34,188 nucleotides of DNA from a virus (Duplodnaviria; Caudoviricetes): the IMG/VR virus record IMGVR_UViG_3300033516_000033, positions 1 through 34,188 of that record. One strand, given 5' to 3'. Below, in pieces: positions 15,945-25,176 of this stretch. A model generated the notes under the pieces. It saw only the letters and a list, made by a program, of their open reading frames with translations. It made no database searches and had not been told where the DNA came from. A program made the translations under genes and the position numbers. How positions within the stretch are numbered: position 1 is the first letter of the stretch; every line of letters begins with the position of its first letter.

Positions 15945-17969
15945 ATGACACTTTCATCTCCCGGCGTGCAGACCATCGAACGTGACGCGAGCCTTTACAC
16001 ACCAAACGTAACATCATCAACTGGTGCTATTGTTGTTGCTGCTAACAGGGGTCCGGTCAACGTTGTACTGGATATAGGTAGCCAATCAGAGTACATTACC
16101 AACTACGGTAAACCAGATGATGTAAATTATAAGTTTGCATGGACCGCTCTCAAGTATCTTGAAGCTGGTCCCTTAAAGGTAGTTCGTATCGAAGATTCTA
16201 CCCGCCTATGTGCTGGTACGGTTATTGGTTTGTCACAACCAACATCTTCCCAGTCGGAAGGTGACGTGACGGCACAGCCAGAACCTATGCAGGTCGTGCA
16301 GTACCCATTGAGTTTCGACTCAGTTGGAACCGCTGTAACTACTGGTGGTCCTCTTGATATTTCTGGCGCACAGAAGTTATTCCACGTCTATTCAGTCGGC
16401 GCAGGTCCATTCTACGAGAACATCAGCTTCGCAATAGTTTCAAACTTCGAATATGTCACACTCCAAGCTTTCAAGCGCGACTACACACAAGCTGTATTGA
16501 CTACTGATCGTCAGGCAGTTATTGCAAAGTATTGGACAGGTGTATCTGGCGATCCTCTCTTGAGCCGCGCCCCAACCCTACGTGACGATATCATTATTTC
16601 ACAGCCAATCGTTGGTGGAATGGTAGATACAGCAAATACATCTGCCGGTTGGGCAATTGACGAGGGCATGCTTTCGATATACACTGGGGTTGAATATGGT
16701 CCAGCGCCAGATATTTCTTCGTATGACATGTCGGGCAACCCAGTCTACTTCTACGACTCATACCTCTTCTACGTGTTTAACGAAACAGGGTCGTTAAGTA
16801 ACATATACATGCTTTCTACCGATAAGGATAAGAAGGATGGTCAAGGCTTGACGATGTTCGGTCCATCTGTTGTCAATGGAAACGATAAGTACCTATACAT
16901 TTTCACTGGTAATAGCGAACTTGCATCGAAGGGAATCGAAATAACATGGTCAGTCGGTCGTACACCGCTCATGGCAGCAGACGGTTTGGCTGGATATACA
17001 ACACAGAATTCGACAAACCCAGCCTCACATAATGGGGTTCTTGATGCGGATCCTGGTATTCACCAACTTGAGGGTGAGTTCTTCGGCGCATGGCAGAGGT
17101 ATTTCGGTAACAAGGAAGATATCGAAGTTGACCTTCTTCTTGACTGTGACTATTCTGATAACGTTAAGCGTGAAATGGATAACGTTTGTAAGAATATTCG
17201 TAAGGACTGCTTTGCAATCCTTAACATAAGAGAAGATATCATGGTAAACCCATTGACCAAGAAGGTAGTAGACCAAGTTTACACACAAATGGCTAACTAT
17301 GTTGCAAGAGATTTGAACATAAACAGTAGCTATAGTGCAATGTACGGTAACTACTTCAAGATTTACGACAACTATGCAGAAAAGGAACGCTGGGTTCCAT
17401 GCACAGGATTCATCGGTGCAGCTTACGCTAACACTGATCTAGCCTACGCTCAGTGGTGGGCACCAGCAGGTTTGACACGTGGCTTGATAAGTAATGTAAT
17501 TTCTGTAGCCGTTAACCCAAGTTTGGCACAGCGTGACATTCTCTACATCAACCGTATTAACCCAGTCGTAAATTTCCTTGGACAAGGTATTGTAATTTGG
17601 GGTCAAAAGACCCTTCAAGCCAAGCCATCGGCATTTGACCGTGTTAACGTTCGCCGTCTCTTCCTCTTCTTAGAGCGTTCAATCGAAAGAGTTGCCCGCT
17701 ACTACGTATTTGAACTGAACGACGATATTACGAGATTGCGTTTCTCTAATCAGGTGAATAGTTTCTTAGCAGGTATAAAAACACAACGTGGTGTTTATGA
17801 TTACTTGGTTGTTGCAGATGCGTCTAATAACACACCAGATATCATTGATAGAAATGAGTTCGTTGCAGAAATCTTGATCAAGCCAACAAAGGTAATCGAA
17901 TTCATCAAGCTTATCTACACAGCAGTCGCCACTGGCGTCAGCTTCCAAGAAATCGTTGGAAGAGGCTAA
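15945..17969 (+). CDS. gp18: Tail sheath protein (T4 gp18-like)
   Basis: SPGVQTIERD N-terminus; WWAPAGLTRG, INPVVNFLGQGIVIWGQKT, SAFDRVNVRRLF and NNTPDIIDRNEF motifs. Confidence 0.97.
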   Translation: MTLSSPGVQTIERDASLYTPNVTSSTGAIVVAANRGPVNVVLDIGSQSEYITNYGKPDDVNYKFAWTALKYLEAGPLKVVRIEDSTRLCAGTVIGLSQPTSSQSEGDVTAQPEPMQVVQYPLSFDSVGTAVTTGGPLDISGAQKLFHVYSVGAGPFYENISFAIVSNFEYVTLQAFKRDYTQAVLTTDRQAVIAKYWTGVSGDPLLSRAPTLRDDIIISQPIVGGMVDTANTSAGWAIDEGMLSIYTGVEYGPAPDISSYDMSGNPVYFYDSYLFYVFNETGSLSNIYMLSTDKDKKDGQGLTMFGPSVVNGNDKYLYIFTGNSELASKGIEITWSVGRTPLMAADGLAGYTTQNSTNPASHNGVLDADPGIHQLEGEFFGAWQRYFGNKEDIEVDLLLDCDYSDNVKREMDNVCKNIRKDCFAILNIREDIMVNPLTKKVVDQVYTQMANYVARDLNINSSYSAMYGNYFKIYDNYAEKERWVPCTGFIGAAYANTDLAYAQWWAPAGLTRGLISNVISVAVNPSLAQRDILYINRINPVVNFLGQGIVIWGQKTLQAKPSAFDRVNVRRLFLFLERSIERVARYYVFELNDDITRLRFSNQVNSFLAGIKTQRGVYDYLVVADASNNTPDIIDRNEFVAEILIKPTKVIEFIKLIYTAVATGVSFQEIVGRG

Positions 17970-18000
17970 TTTTTTAAAAAACATCTAGGAGATACGTCTT

Positions 18001-18672
18001 ATGGCATCTAAAGCATTTAATAAGAACCTAATAGGATTCAGAACAAAGTTGGGAGACTTTGCCAGATCCTTTATGTTCAAGATTGATATTCCATGGTGGA
18101 ACGACATAGAAACTTTGTCGATGCTCGCAAGATCGGCAACTCTTCCTTCGTACAAGATCAAATCCTCACCAATTGGATTCCAGGGATTGAAATTGAACGT
18201 AGCAACGGTTGCTGAATTTGAACCAACATTCACTGTTGAAATTCTTGCAGACGAAAAGCAAGTTCTTCGCGGAAACATCATGAAGTGGATGTCATATACA
18301 TATGACCCAATGACCATGGAAGCCTCCATGTTACAGGGTCCAGGCGCTCAGTCATATAAGATAGATGACGTTGTATTCTCACAACTTACAAGAGATGGAT
18401 CAGCAGTAATGGCGTATAAATTTGCTGGTGTATTTCCAACCTCTTGTGATTCAATCAAGCCATCTCACGACGATACAGACCCTGCAAAGTTTGCAGTAAC
18501 CTTCACATACGACTTCTTCACGTTTAAGGCAGCCGCACCTGCTGATAACATTGTTCCACCATCTGGAGCAGCCAATAGTGAAAAAGGCATTGATGTGACG
18601 GCGGGTGATACAGCCGGGGCAACAGATACTAAGGCTGTTCAAGATGGCAACAGACCAAATTCATACAAGTAA
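18001..18672 (+). CDS. gp19: Tail tube protein (T4 gp19-like)
   Basis: Follows the sheath gene; ARSFMF, SATLP, QLTRDG...YKFAGVFPT and FAVTFTYD motifs. Confidence 0.85.
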   Translation: MASKAFNKNLIGFRTKLGDFARSFMFKIDIPWWNDIETLSMLARSATLPSYKIKSSPIGFQGLKLNVATVAEFEPTFTVEILADEKQVLRGNIMKWMSYTYDPMTMEASMLQGPGAQSYKIDDVVFSQLTRDGSAVMAYKFAGVFPTSCDSIKPSHDDTDPAKFAVTFTYDFFTFKAAAPADNIVPPSGAANSEKGIDVTAGDTAGATDTKAVQDGNRPNSYK

Positions 18673-18694
18673 CCAATATGCCGTAACAAAAATG

Positions 18695-18732
18695 ACAACG
18701 ACTTGCATTTATTTGCAAGTCGTTGTTCGTTT
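18695..18732 (+). terminator. Probable terminator hairpin after the tail tube gene
   Basis: Perfect 13-bp stem ACAACGACTTGCA/TGCAAGTCGTTGT with a 6-nt loop and a weak T tail. Confidence 0.7.
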
Positions 18733-18752
18733 AATGTATAATAAATACTAAT

Positions 18753-19331
18753 ATGAAACCACTTTCGTCAAATACATTGGGTGCTAGAAACTCAATCGGG
18801 AAATTCTCAGGCGATATATCACGTTCTTATTTGTTTTCTCTTAACATGCCAGCAGTATTTGTGTCACCTTCTACCGACGATACTATGACTGTGTTCTGTG
18901 TATCTACAAAAGCCCCTGATTTCACTCTTAAGAACAAAACTATAAAGATTTCGACACTTGATGTAAATGTTGTCAATGGTATAAACTTCAGCGCATGGAA
19001 AGTAACATTCTTATCGGATAGTAAAGACATAATCAGATCGAATTTATTAACATGGTCAAGTGTTGCGTGGGATTTTAACAGGAAAGGTGCAACATCCCCA
19101 TCATCATACAAAAGACAGGTAACTGTTAATCAATTGAATTTAACTGGTCATGTTATTAGTAGCTATACGTTAGTAGGTGTATACCCAGAAACTGTTGGTG
19201 GGTATGAGTTTTCAAATGACAGCAATGAGCTAGTTAAATTTGACGTTACTTTCAAGTATGATTACTTTACTTTTGAGAATACTGGTATACAAGGCTCTGC
19301 TGTTAAATCACCACAACCACAGAAGCTGTAA
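18753..19331 (+). CDS. Second tail-tube-fold protein (gp19/gp54-like paralog)
   Basis: SRSYLF, QLNLTG...YTLVGVYP and FDVTFKYDYF parallel the motifs of the preceding tube gene. Confidence 0.78.
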   Translation: MKPLSSNTLGARNSIGKFSGDISRSYLFSLNMPAVFVSPSTDDTMTVFCVSTKAPDFTLKNKTIKISTLDVNVVNGINFSAWKVTFLSDSKDIIRSNLLTWSSVAWDFNRKGATSPSSYKRQVTVNQLNLTGHVISSYTLVGVYPETVGGYEFSNDSNELVKFDVTFKYDYFTFENTGIQGSAVKSPQPQKL

Positions 19332-19387
19332 TCGGGCAACGGCTGATTAGTCCTGTTTTAACAATATCAATTTAACTGAATTATATC

Positions 19388-19396
19388 TGATATAAT
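19388..19396 (+). promoter_or_regulatory. Extended -10 promoter TGaTATAAT
   Basis: Intergenic, upstream of an AGGAG SD and ATG 19413. Confidence 0.5.
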
Positions 19397-19412
19397 TCAT
19401 TAGGAGAATCAT

Positions 19413-20210
19413 ATGCCAGAAATTTCATTTCAAGACATCAAAAGAGCTTACGCATTGGCAGCAAAAGCGGCACCGACACATACTTCTCTGTGTTATAGCG
19501 GGAAACCCGTAACTGTACGACCCCTTAAAATGAAGGATAAAAAGGAATTTTTGAAGGTACTTGAGAAAGATGATGATGTATTGATAGATTCGTGTATAGA
19601 CTCTCTTATAGAAAAATACGTATCAGATAGTAAAGACGATCCTATCACCGCCGCTTCATTGGTTGACCAAGAAAGGCATCAGCTTTTAATGACCATCCGT
19701 AGGGCATCCACAAACGAGGAATCGGTTAATATAAGTCACGTTTGTCCACAATGCAAGACAAATATAAGAAATGTGACATTCGATTTAAAAAATGTCATTA
19801 TTAACAACTTTAAAAAATCAGACGGTGCTGACGATATGATTGTTTCTAAAAACGGTAGTATTAAATTCACCGTGGGCATTTTAACAAGAGGCGAGATGGT
19901 CGAAATAGAAAAGTTTATTAAGTCAAAGGAACTTGCCAGCAAAGTAGAAAAAGAATTTGTCTATTTGGCGTCCACAGTCAAGGAAATATACCTTGTGGTT
20001 GATGATATAGAGAAGAAAATATCCCCATCGGTTGCTGAGCGAGTAGAGTTCGTAGAAAGCCTTTCGTTTGATGATTTTGATAAGATTAGAAATTACTTCG
20101 ATTCTATCGGATCATATGGGTTATCATTAGGATTCGCATTTGAATGCCCAACCTGTAAATATAAGAACGATAAAGAAGAGGCTAAGATAGTCAGTTTTTT
20201 TATAAACTAA
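19413..20210 (+). CDS. Baseplate hub assembly chaperone (T4 gp26-like)
   Basis: SGKPVTVRPLKMKDKK, LLMTIRRAS, two CxxC motifs (CPQC, CPTC) and C-terminal SFF are typical of gp26-like proteins; upstream of the tape measure gene. Confidence 0.8.
   Translation: MPEISFQDIKRAYALAAKAAPTHTSLCYSGKPVTVRPLKMKDKKEFLKVLEKDDDVLIDSCIDSLIEKYVSDSKDDPITAASLVDQERHQLLMTIRRASTNEESVNISHVCPQCKTNIRNVTFDLKNVIINNFKKSDGADDMIVSKNGSIKFTVGILTRGEMVEIEKFIKSKELASKVEKEFVYLASTVKEIYLVVDDIEKKISPSVAERVEFVESLSFDDFDKIRNYFDSIGSYGLSLGFAFECPTCKYKNDKEEAKIVSFFIN
20195..20201 (+). other. Candidate -1 ribosomal frameshift slippery heptamer T TTT TTT
   Basis: X XXY YYZ phasing in the gp26 frame (AGT TTT TTT ATA AAC TAA); the -1 frame stays open to 20452. 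Confidence 0.7.
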
Positions 20211-20452
20211 AATTTAACGAGGAATCTTATTTTTCAACCCTCGTAAGCATAGCCGACCTTCTAAAAAAATCAGAAGGTTGTATAAATATACATGAGATAG
20301 AGGAACTAGAATTCTTCGAATTTATGTTCTACTTGTCGTACTTTGGTCAAGAATTTTCTGAAAAGCAGGAAAAGCAGGACCACGACAAAAAAGAGATGCA
20401 GGAACTCATTATTGAGGGTATAACAACTATGTACAAGGCATTAAGAGGATAA
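20201..20452 (+). CDS. gp51-like baseplate assembly ORF (83 aa), probably the -1 frameshift extension of the gp26-like gene; absent from the ORF track
   Basis: Translates YKLKFNEESYFSTLVSIADLLKKSEGCINIHEIEELEFFEFMFYLSYFGQEFSEKQEKQDHDKKEMQELIIEGITTMYKALRG*. It fills the gap exactly, ending 1 nt before the tape measure ATG. The first in-frame ATG is not until 20324. Confidence 0.75.
   Translation, partial: YKLKFNEESYFSTLVSIADLLKKSEGCINIHEIEELEFFEFMFYLSYFGQEFSEKQEKQDHDKKEMQELIIEGITTMYKALRG
20281..20288 (+). promoter_or_regulatory. Late promoter TATAAATA inside the gp51-like ORF, possibly serving the tape measure/baseplate genes
   Basis: Exact consensus about 170 nt upstream of ATG 20454. Confidence 0.45.
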
Positions 20453-20453
20453 A

Positions 20454-23400
20454 ATGGCAGATCCAACACGGATAATAACTAATCGTGCATTTGCCGGTGA
20501 TGAAAAGCAAGAAATGTTAGAGGCTATTCTAGACCTTCGCCGCGAGGTCAGGGCGTTATCCGCATCTATATCTGAAAAGATAGGTAGTCGTAGTCCCGAT
20601 AATGATTACGAAGCAATAGTTAGTCGTTCCCTTAAAAAGCACGACAAAGGCAAAGAGACTGTTGAAGAACGCGCAAAACGTATCGTAAAAGAATATAACG
20701 AAAAGAGAGAAGATGAGCGCAAAGAGACTGCCGCAGAAATACGGGCGCAGTTTAAAATACTTGGTCAGAAGTTAAAGACTCCATTTAGCTCTGGGGCATC
20801 ATCGTTACTAATGGGTGCCGGTGATATGGTTGGACAGAAAAGAGATTATGGGTTTAATGACAATGTAGGTAAGAGAATAGATGCTGGCAACAAGCAATTC
20901 ATGGGAGAAGCTCTCAAAGGTCTTGGTAAACTTATAGCTCCAAAAATGGAAGCTGAGAAAAAGGTTGATCGCGGTCAGGTTAATACAAATAACCCAAACG
21001 ATAGAAACAACGAAAGTTCTAATAGTATAGAAAGTAGATTAGGCGAGAATAAAAAGAAAATTTCTGTTTTACGTAATATGATGAAGAATGGTGGGGAAAT
21101 GAGTAGAGAAGAAGGAAAAGTCCTTCAAAGCATGATCGATCAGTACGAAAAACAGAATAAAGATGAACAGCTTAACCAAAAAAAGACAATGACTGTAAAG
21201 GAATTAGCTGCTCAAAAAGTACAAGATCAGTATGATAAAGAGAACGAAGAGAAGAAAGAGGTTTTAGCTAATGCTCTTTCAAAAATAAAGATAATGAAGC
21301 ATAAGTATGTCGATAGTGGTTGGAAAGATAAAGCAAAATGGCTGGCGAGCGACACACTCATTGGGATGGGTGATATGGTTGGGCGCGACCGCGATCAAAA
21401 TTTTAACGAAGATACAGGTAGAAAGATATCACAGAAGAACAAAGATTTATATCGTAAGGTTGGTAATTTCGCTGGTCAGGTAATAAAGCCATGGATGCCA
21501 TCTGGACCTCCCCCAAAAGACGAAGCACAGGATAACCCAAATGATCCAAACGATTCAGATGAATCTCTTGGGGAATCTATTAAAGAAGATGTTCATTTAA
21601 TAAAAAGAGCAGTTGTAAGAGAACAATCACAAGAATCCAATCAAGATTCTGAGCTTGATGACATCTACGATGAAGTGTATGAATCATCACTGAAGTCGGT
21701 TGCAATAGAGGATCAAACCGATGATCTTGAAACATCCATATCGAAGCTTTATCGTTACGTTAAAGGTGGGTCACTAGTAAAAGATATAGTAGATGCTATT
21801 AATGACAGTAAAGAAAATAATGGCGGTGGAGCAGGGTCTGGAGAAGAGGACGATAAAGATGATGACGAAGATGACGACGAAGATGACGAAGAAGAAGATG
21901 ACGAAGGTAAGTCACGTAGCAAATTAGGTAAGTGGAAAAACCGTTTTCGTAAAGGAAAGTTAGCTGCTAGAAAAGCCGCTAGATTAGCCAGAAGTGGAGG
22001 AAAGGCGGCGTTACAGTATGGTCGAGCCGGATTAGGTTTGGCTGGTAGCACATTGCAAACATTAGGCGGCGGTGCAGCGGCGTCTGGAGGATCGGCTGGA
22101 ATGGCTATGGCTGGTGGCGCATCGGTTCTTGCTCTTGGTGCAGCATCAGCATACACATTTTATAAAACAGGCGAGACGGTAGCAACAATAATTGGAAATA
22201 AATCGGATGTGAGGGATAATACAAAAGGATCATCCGAAGCATCTGTAGCTAGAAATAAAGAAAAGCTTACAAAAGACAGTGATGAAGTAAAAAGAAGTAT
22301 TCCAAGATACACCAATGCTGGATTATCTGATGATGAAGCGGCAGCATCTGCATTAGCTGAACGCCAGAATACCAAGATGCTCACAACAACAGCATCAATG
22401 GGTGGTATTTTTACCGCTGCGAAGAATTCCACAGATTTTAGAAGCTCTGAAGAAGAAATGGGTAAACTCACCGAAGGTGAGATGCTATCAGAAACAATCG
22501 GAAATGTATTACGAATGTTGCAGGGGTCTTTAGCCGATCCCAACCAGTTAAAAAATAAATCCCCACAAGAAATAAAGAATCTTTCGAATCAAGCAAAATT
22601 AGCAGTTAAGCAAATAGGTGATTTAAAGAAAACCTGGGAAGATGCTAAAAAACTCGGAGGTAGTGGGTTAAATTCACCATGGCTCAACGACGAAGGTATG
22701 GTTGCAAATGGCGATGCTGTAATTAACTCCCTTACTGAATCCGGTGGTGATATATCGAAATCATTTGACGAGTGGGCAGAAATTATGCAGTCTGGTGCAA
22801 AATCGAAAGACTCTAAGAAAGACTCTAAGAAAGATTCTAAGAAAGACTCAACTAAGCCAGATACTAAACAAGATACTAAAAAAGACACAGACGCTACAAA
22901 AGAACCTTCATCAGATCCTTTTGAAAAGTTCAATAAACAGGATGAAAGTCGCGCCCGCAAAGAAGGAGAAACTTCACGTCAGCAATACAATAGGTTGAAG
23001 AAAGCAGGATTACTTAAAGAAGGAGAGGACGAAGATGAACTTGATATAGAAGAACAAGGACATCAATCAGACAGAGAAAAATATAAAGTATTTGAGGATG
23101 AAGTCAGAGCAATGGCACGTGGGCAATATTCTGAAGATGAAATAGAACTAGCTACAAATTTTGCTTTTAAAAATTCCAACATAAGAAAAAGTAAATCCGG
23201 TAGATCATATGTCCTAGCAGAAGATATTCAGAAAGCTTTAGAATATGCGTCTACAGTTGCTACTAGTGGTCCAGAAAATCTTAAAAAATGGCTAAATAAT
23301 AGCAATAAAGACAGTAGAATGTCGTTTAAGAGAAAATCGCCAAGTAAAGAACCAAGTAAAGAACCAAGTAAAGAACCAGAGCAGAAACCCACGGATACAG

Positions 23401-23810
23401 GAAATACTAGCTTACAAGACGAAGCTGGTAAAGAAAATGAAGTTAAGAGTAGCGACGAAGCGGCTTCTAGGTTTGATGCGCTTTCAGAAGCTAAAGAGAC
23501 TGGGGTTATGAAACCACCAACAGGTGGGTGGAGAGAGTCAACTCAAGAAGAGAAATACAAATCACAACAGAAGCTAAAAGATAATTTAAATGCTGTTGAT
23601 AAAGATTCCAAGCCAGCCATAACAAAAGTTGGAGAAGAACTTAAGGGTGCTATAACGGACCAAAATAAAAATATCGCAGACAAGATAGATACGTTGGCTA
23701 CACAGGTTGCTAAATTGACCAACAAAAAAGAAGCTCCACCGGCACATCATTATCCAGTACACCAAGACCCAAGCTTTGCATCCATACAAATAACATCAAG
23801 AGGAGCATAA
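20454..23810 (+). CDS. Probable tape measure protein (T4 gp29 position)
   Basis: 1118 aa, charged and helical, with a central Gly/Ala hydrophobic segment; between the gp26/51-like and gp48-like genes. Confidence 0.72.
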   Translation: MADPTRIITNRAFAGDEKQEMLEAILDLRREVRALSASISEKIGSRSPDNDYEAIVSRSLKKHDKGKETVEERAKRIVKEYNEKREDERKETAAEIRAQFKILGQKLKTPFSSGASSLLMGAGDMVGQKRDYGFNDNVGKRIDAGNKQFMGEALKGLGKLIAPKMEAEKKVDRGQVNTNNPNDRNNESSNSIESRLGENKKKISVLRNMMKNGGEMSREEGKVLQSMIDQYEKQNKDEQLNQKKTMTVKELAAQKVQDQYDKENEEKKEVLANALSKIKIMKHKYVDSGWKDKAKWLASDTLIGMGDMVGRDRDQNFNEDTGRKISQKNKDLYRKVGNFAGQVIKPWMPSGPPPKDEAQDNPNDPNDSDESLGESIKEDVHLIKRAVVREQSQESNQDSELDDIYDEVYESSLKSVAIEDQTDDLETSISKLYRYVKGGSLVKDIVDAINDSKENNGGGAGSGEEDDKDDDEDDDEDDEEEDDEGKSRSKLGKWKNRFRKGKLAARKAARLARSGGKAALQYGRAGLGLAGSTLQTLGGGAAASGGSAGMAMAGGASVLALGAASAYTFYKTGETVATIIGNKSDVRDNTKGSSEASVARNKEKLTKDSDEVKRSIPRYTNAGLSDDEAAASALAERQNTKMLTTTASMGGIFTAAKNSTDFRSSEEEMGKLTEGEMLSETIGNVLRMLQGSLADPNQLKNKSPQEIKNLSNQAKLAVKQIGDLKKTWEDAKKLGGSGLNSPWLNDEGMVANGDAVINSLTESGGDISKSFDEWAEIMQSGAKSKDSKKDSKKDSKKDSTKPDTKQDTKKDTDATKEPSSDPFEKFNKQDESRARKEGETSRQQYNRLKKAGLLKEGEDEDELDIEEQGHQSDREKYKVFEDEVRAMARGQYSEDEIELATNFAFKNSNIRKSKSGRSYVLAEDIQKALEYASTVATSGPENLKKWLNNSNKDSRMSFKRKSPSKEPSKEPSKEPEQKPTDTGNTSLQDEAGKENEVKSSDEAASRFDALSEAKETGVMKPPTGGWRESTQEEKYKSQQKLKDNLNAVDKDSKPAITKVGEELKGAITDQNKNIADKIDTLATQVAKLTNKKEAPPAHHYPVHQDPSFASIQITSRGA
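22807..22850 (+). repeat. 12-nt in-frame tandem repeat (AAAGACTCTAAG, KDSK, about 3.5 copies)
   Basis: Seen directly in the sequence. Confidence 0.85.
23340..23378 (+). repeat. 12-nt in-frame tandem repeat (CCAAGTAAAGAA, PSKE x3)
   Basis: Seen directly in the sequence. Confidence 0.85.
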
Positions 23811-23811
23811 G

Positions 23812-24777
23812 ATGACAGATTATGTTATACCAGTTCCGAGTGTGGTAGGAAAATATAAGTTAGATAGATATGTATCTGGAACATCACATAACGGGAAGGG
23901 ACAAAACCCTTTTATAAAAGTTAGCGGCAATAACGCAACGTCCCCATCAAACACCGGAGAATCTTGCAAATTGAATGAAGCCGTGATCGAAGCGTTCGAA
24001 TATCAACCTGTTCGCGTGACAACCGAAAATGTCAACGGTGTTATGCGAAGTAAACTATCCTACGGTAGCAGCAAACCGCCTGCCGTTCATAAATTTAGAG
24101 TATTGCTGGATACGGAAGATATCACTATTCCAACCGTATCTCATGGGTGGTCGGACTCCGCTGATAGTCCATTAAGTGCCGTTTATGAATTTGTACAAAG
24201 CGGGTGGGGACAAATAACGACAGGTATTACAGATGCAGCTAACGTTGTTAGCCGTGTCGGACTTGGTGGAAATTACTCAACAGCAGCGACTCCAAGAATA
24301 GACTACCAGCAAGTGTATCAAAACACAGTCCCACCAACAATTAATCTAGAATTTACTGCACTCACAAACGATAATTTTTTTGAAGATATATTGAAACCTG
24401 TATTAACTCTCACATCACTAACATTTCCATCAAAAGTTGGGGGCGCGGAAGGCGCTGGTGCAGCAGCAGCCGAGATGGCTTCTATAACGGCGAGACAGTA
24501 CTCATTAAAACCACCATGTCTTTTTAACGTACACCATCAATCTGGATTATACACATTTGAAAGTTGCATGTGTACTTCATTAGATGTACAATATTCTGGT
24601 CCATGGTATAACGGAACATTAAGTGAACAAAAGGCATTTTCAGCAAGTTCGGGTTCATTGTCTGTAAAGGTGGAGAATAGGTTATTTCCAACAATGGCAA
24701 AGGTAAAGATAACATTCTTGGCTGGTCAGCGTGTTGTACGTGGAGACATCCAAGCAATTATCGATGGCTTAGGCTAA
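23812..24777 (+). CDS. Baseplate tail-tube cap (gp48-like)
   Basis: PPCLF...FESCMCTSLDVQYS...FPTMAKVKITF tube-fold pattern; between the tape measure and gp53. Confidence 0.6.
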   Translation: MTDYVIPVPSVVGKYKLDRYVSGTSHNGKGQNPFIKVSGNNATSPSNTGESCKLNEAVIEAFEYQPVRVTTENVNGVMRSKLSYGSSKPPAVHKFRVLLDTEDITIPTVSHGWSDSADSPLSAVYEFVQSGWGQITTGITDAANVVSRVGLGGNYSTAATPRIDYQQVYQNTVPPTINLEFTALTNDNFFEDILKPVLTLTSLTFPSKVGGAEGAGAAAAEMASITARQYSLKPPCLFNVHHQSGLYTFESCMCTSLDVQYSGPWYNGTLSEQKAFSASSGSLSVKVENRLFPTMAKVKITFLAGQRVVRGDIQAIIDGLG

Positions 24778-24804
24778 TAAGTATCATATAATAAGGATCA
24801 ATAA

Positions 24805-25176
24805 ATGCCATATATCCCAGTAGACCAACATAGCTTCGTTAACTTCTTTCCAGAAATAACCGATGATGATAATATAAAGTTTCTTGATATTTGGAATTCT
24901 TTTAGAGTTAAGATTGTTCCAGAGTTTTATACATCAGATGCTTACTTTGAATACACTCCGAATCAAAAAGATACACTTCATATGATATCTCATAAGTTCT
25001 ATGGAACAACTAAACTTTGGTGGGTAACACCTTTAATAAATGACGCGGAAGATCCTTTTGATTTTATCAAAAATGTAGCCGATGTAAGTGGTACAATAAA
25101 AATCATGAAAAACAATTATATTTCAAATATACTGTTTAGTGTATCTAGATTAAGATTAGCGAAGGAAAAATCGTAA
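24805..25176 (+). CDS. gp53: Baseplate wedge protein (gp53-like, LysM-like)
   Basis: DTLHMISHKFYGTTKLWWVTPLINDAEDPF matches the gp53 pattern. Confidence 0.8.
   Translation: MPYIPVDQHSFVNFFPEITDDDNIKFLDIWNSFRVKIVPEFYTSDAYFEYTPNQKDTLHMISHKFYGTTKLWWVTPLINDAEDPFDFIKNVADVSGTIKIMKNNYISNILFSVSRLRLAKEKS

Noticed and set aside
19329-19349. Hairpin TAATCGG...CTGATTA after the second tube gene, considered as a terminator
   Set aside because: Short stem with a G-U pair and no adjacent T tract; too weak to call.
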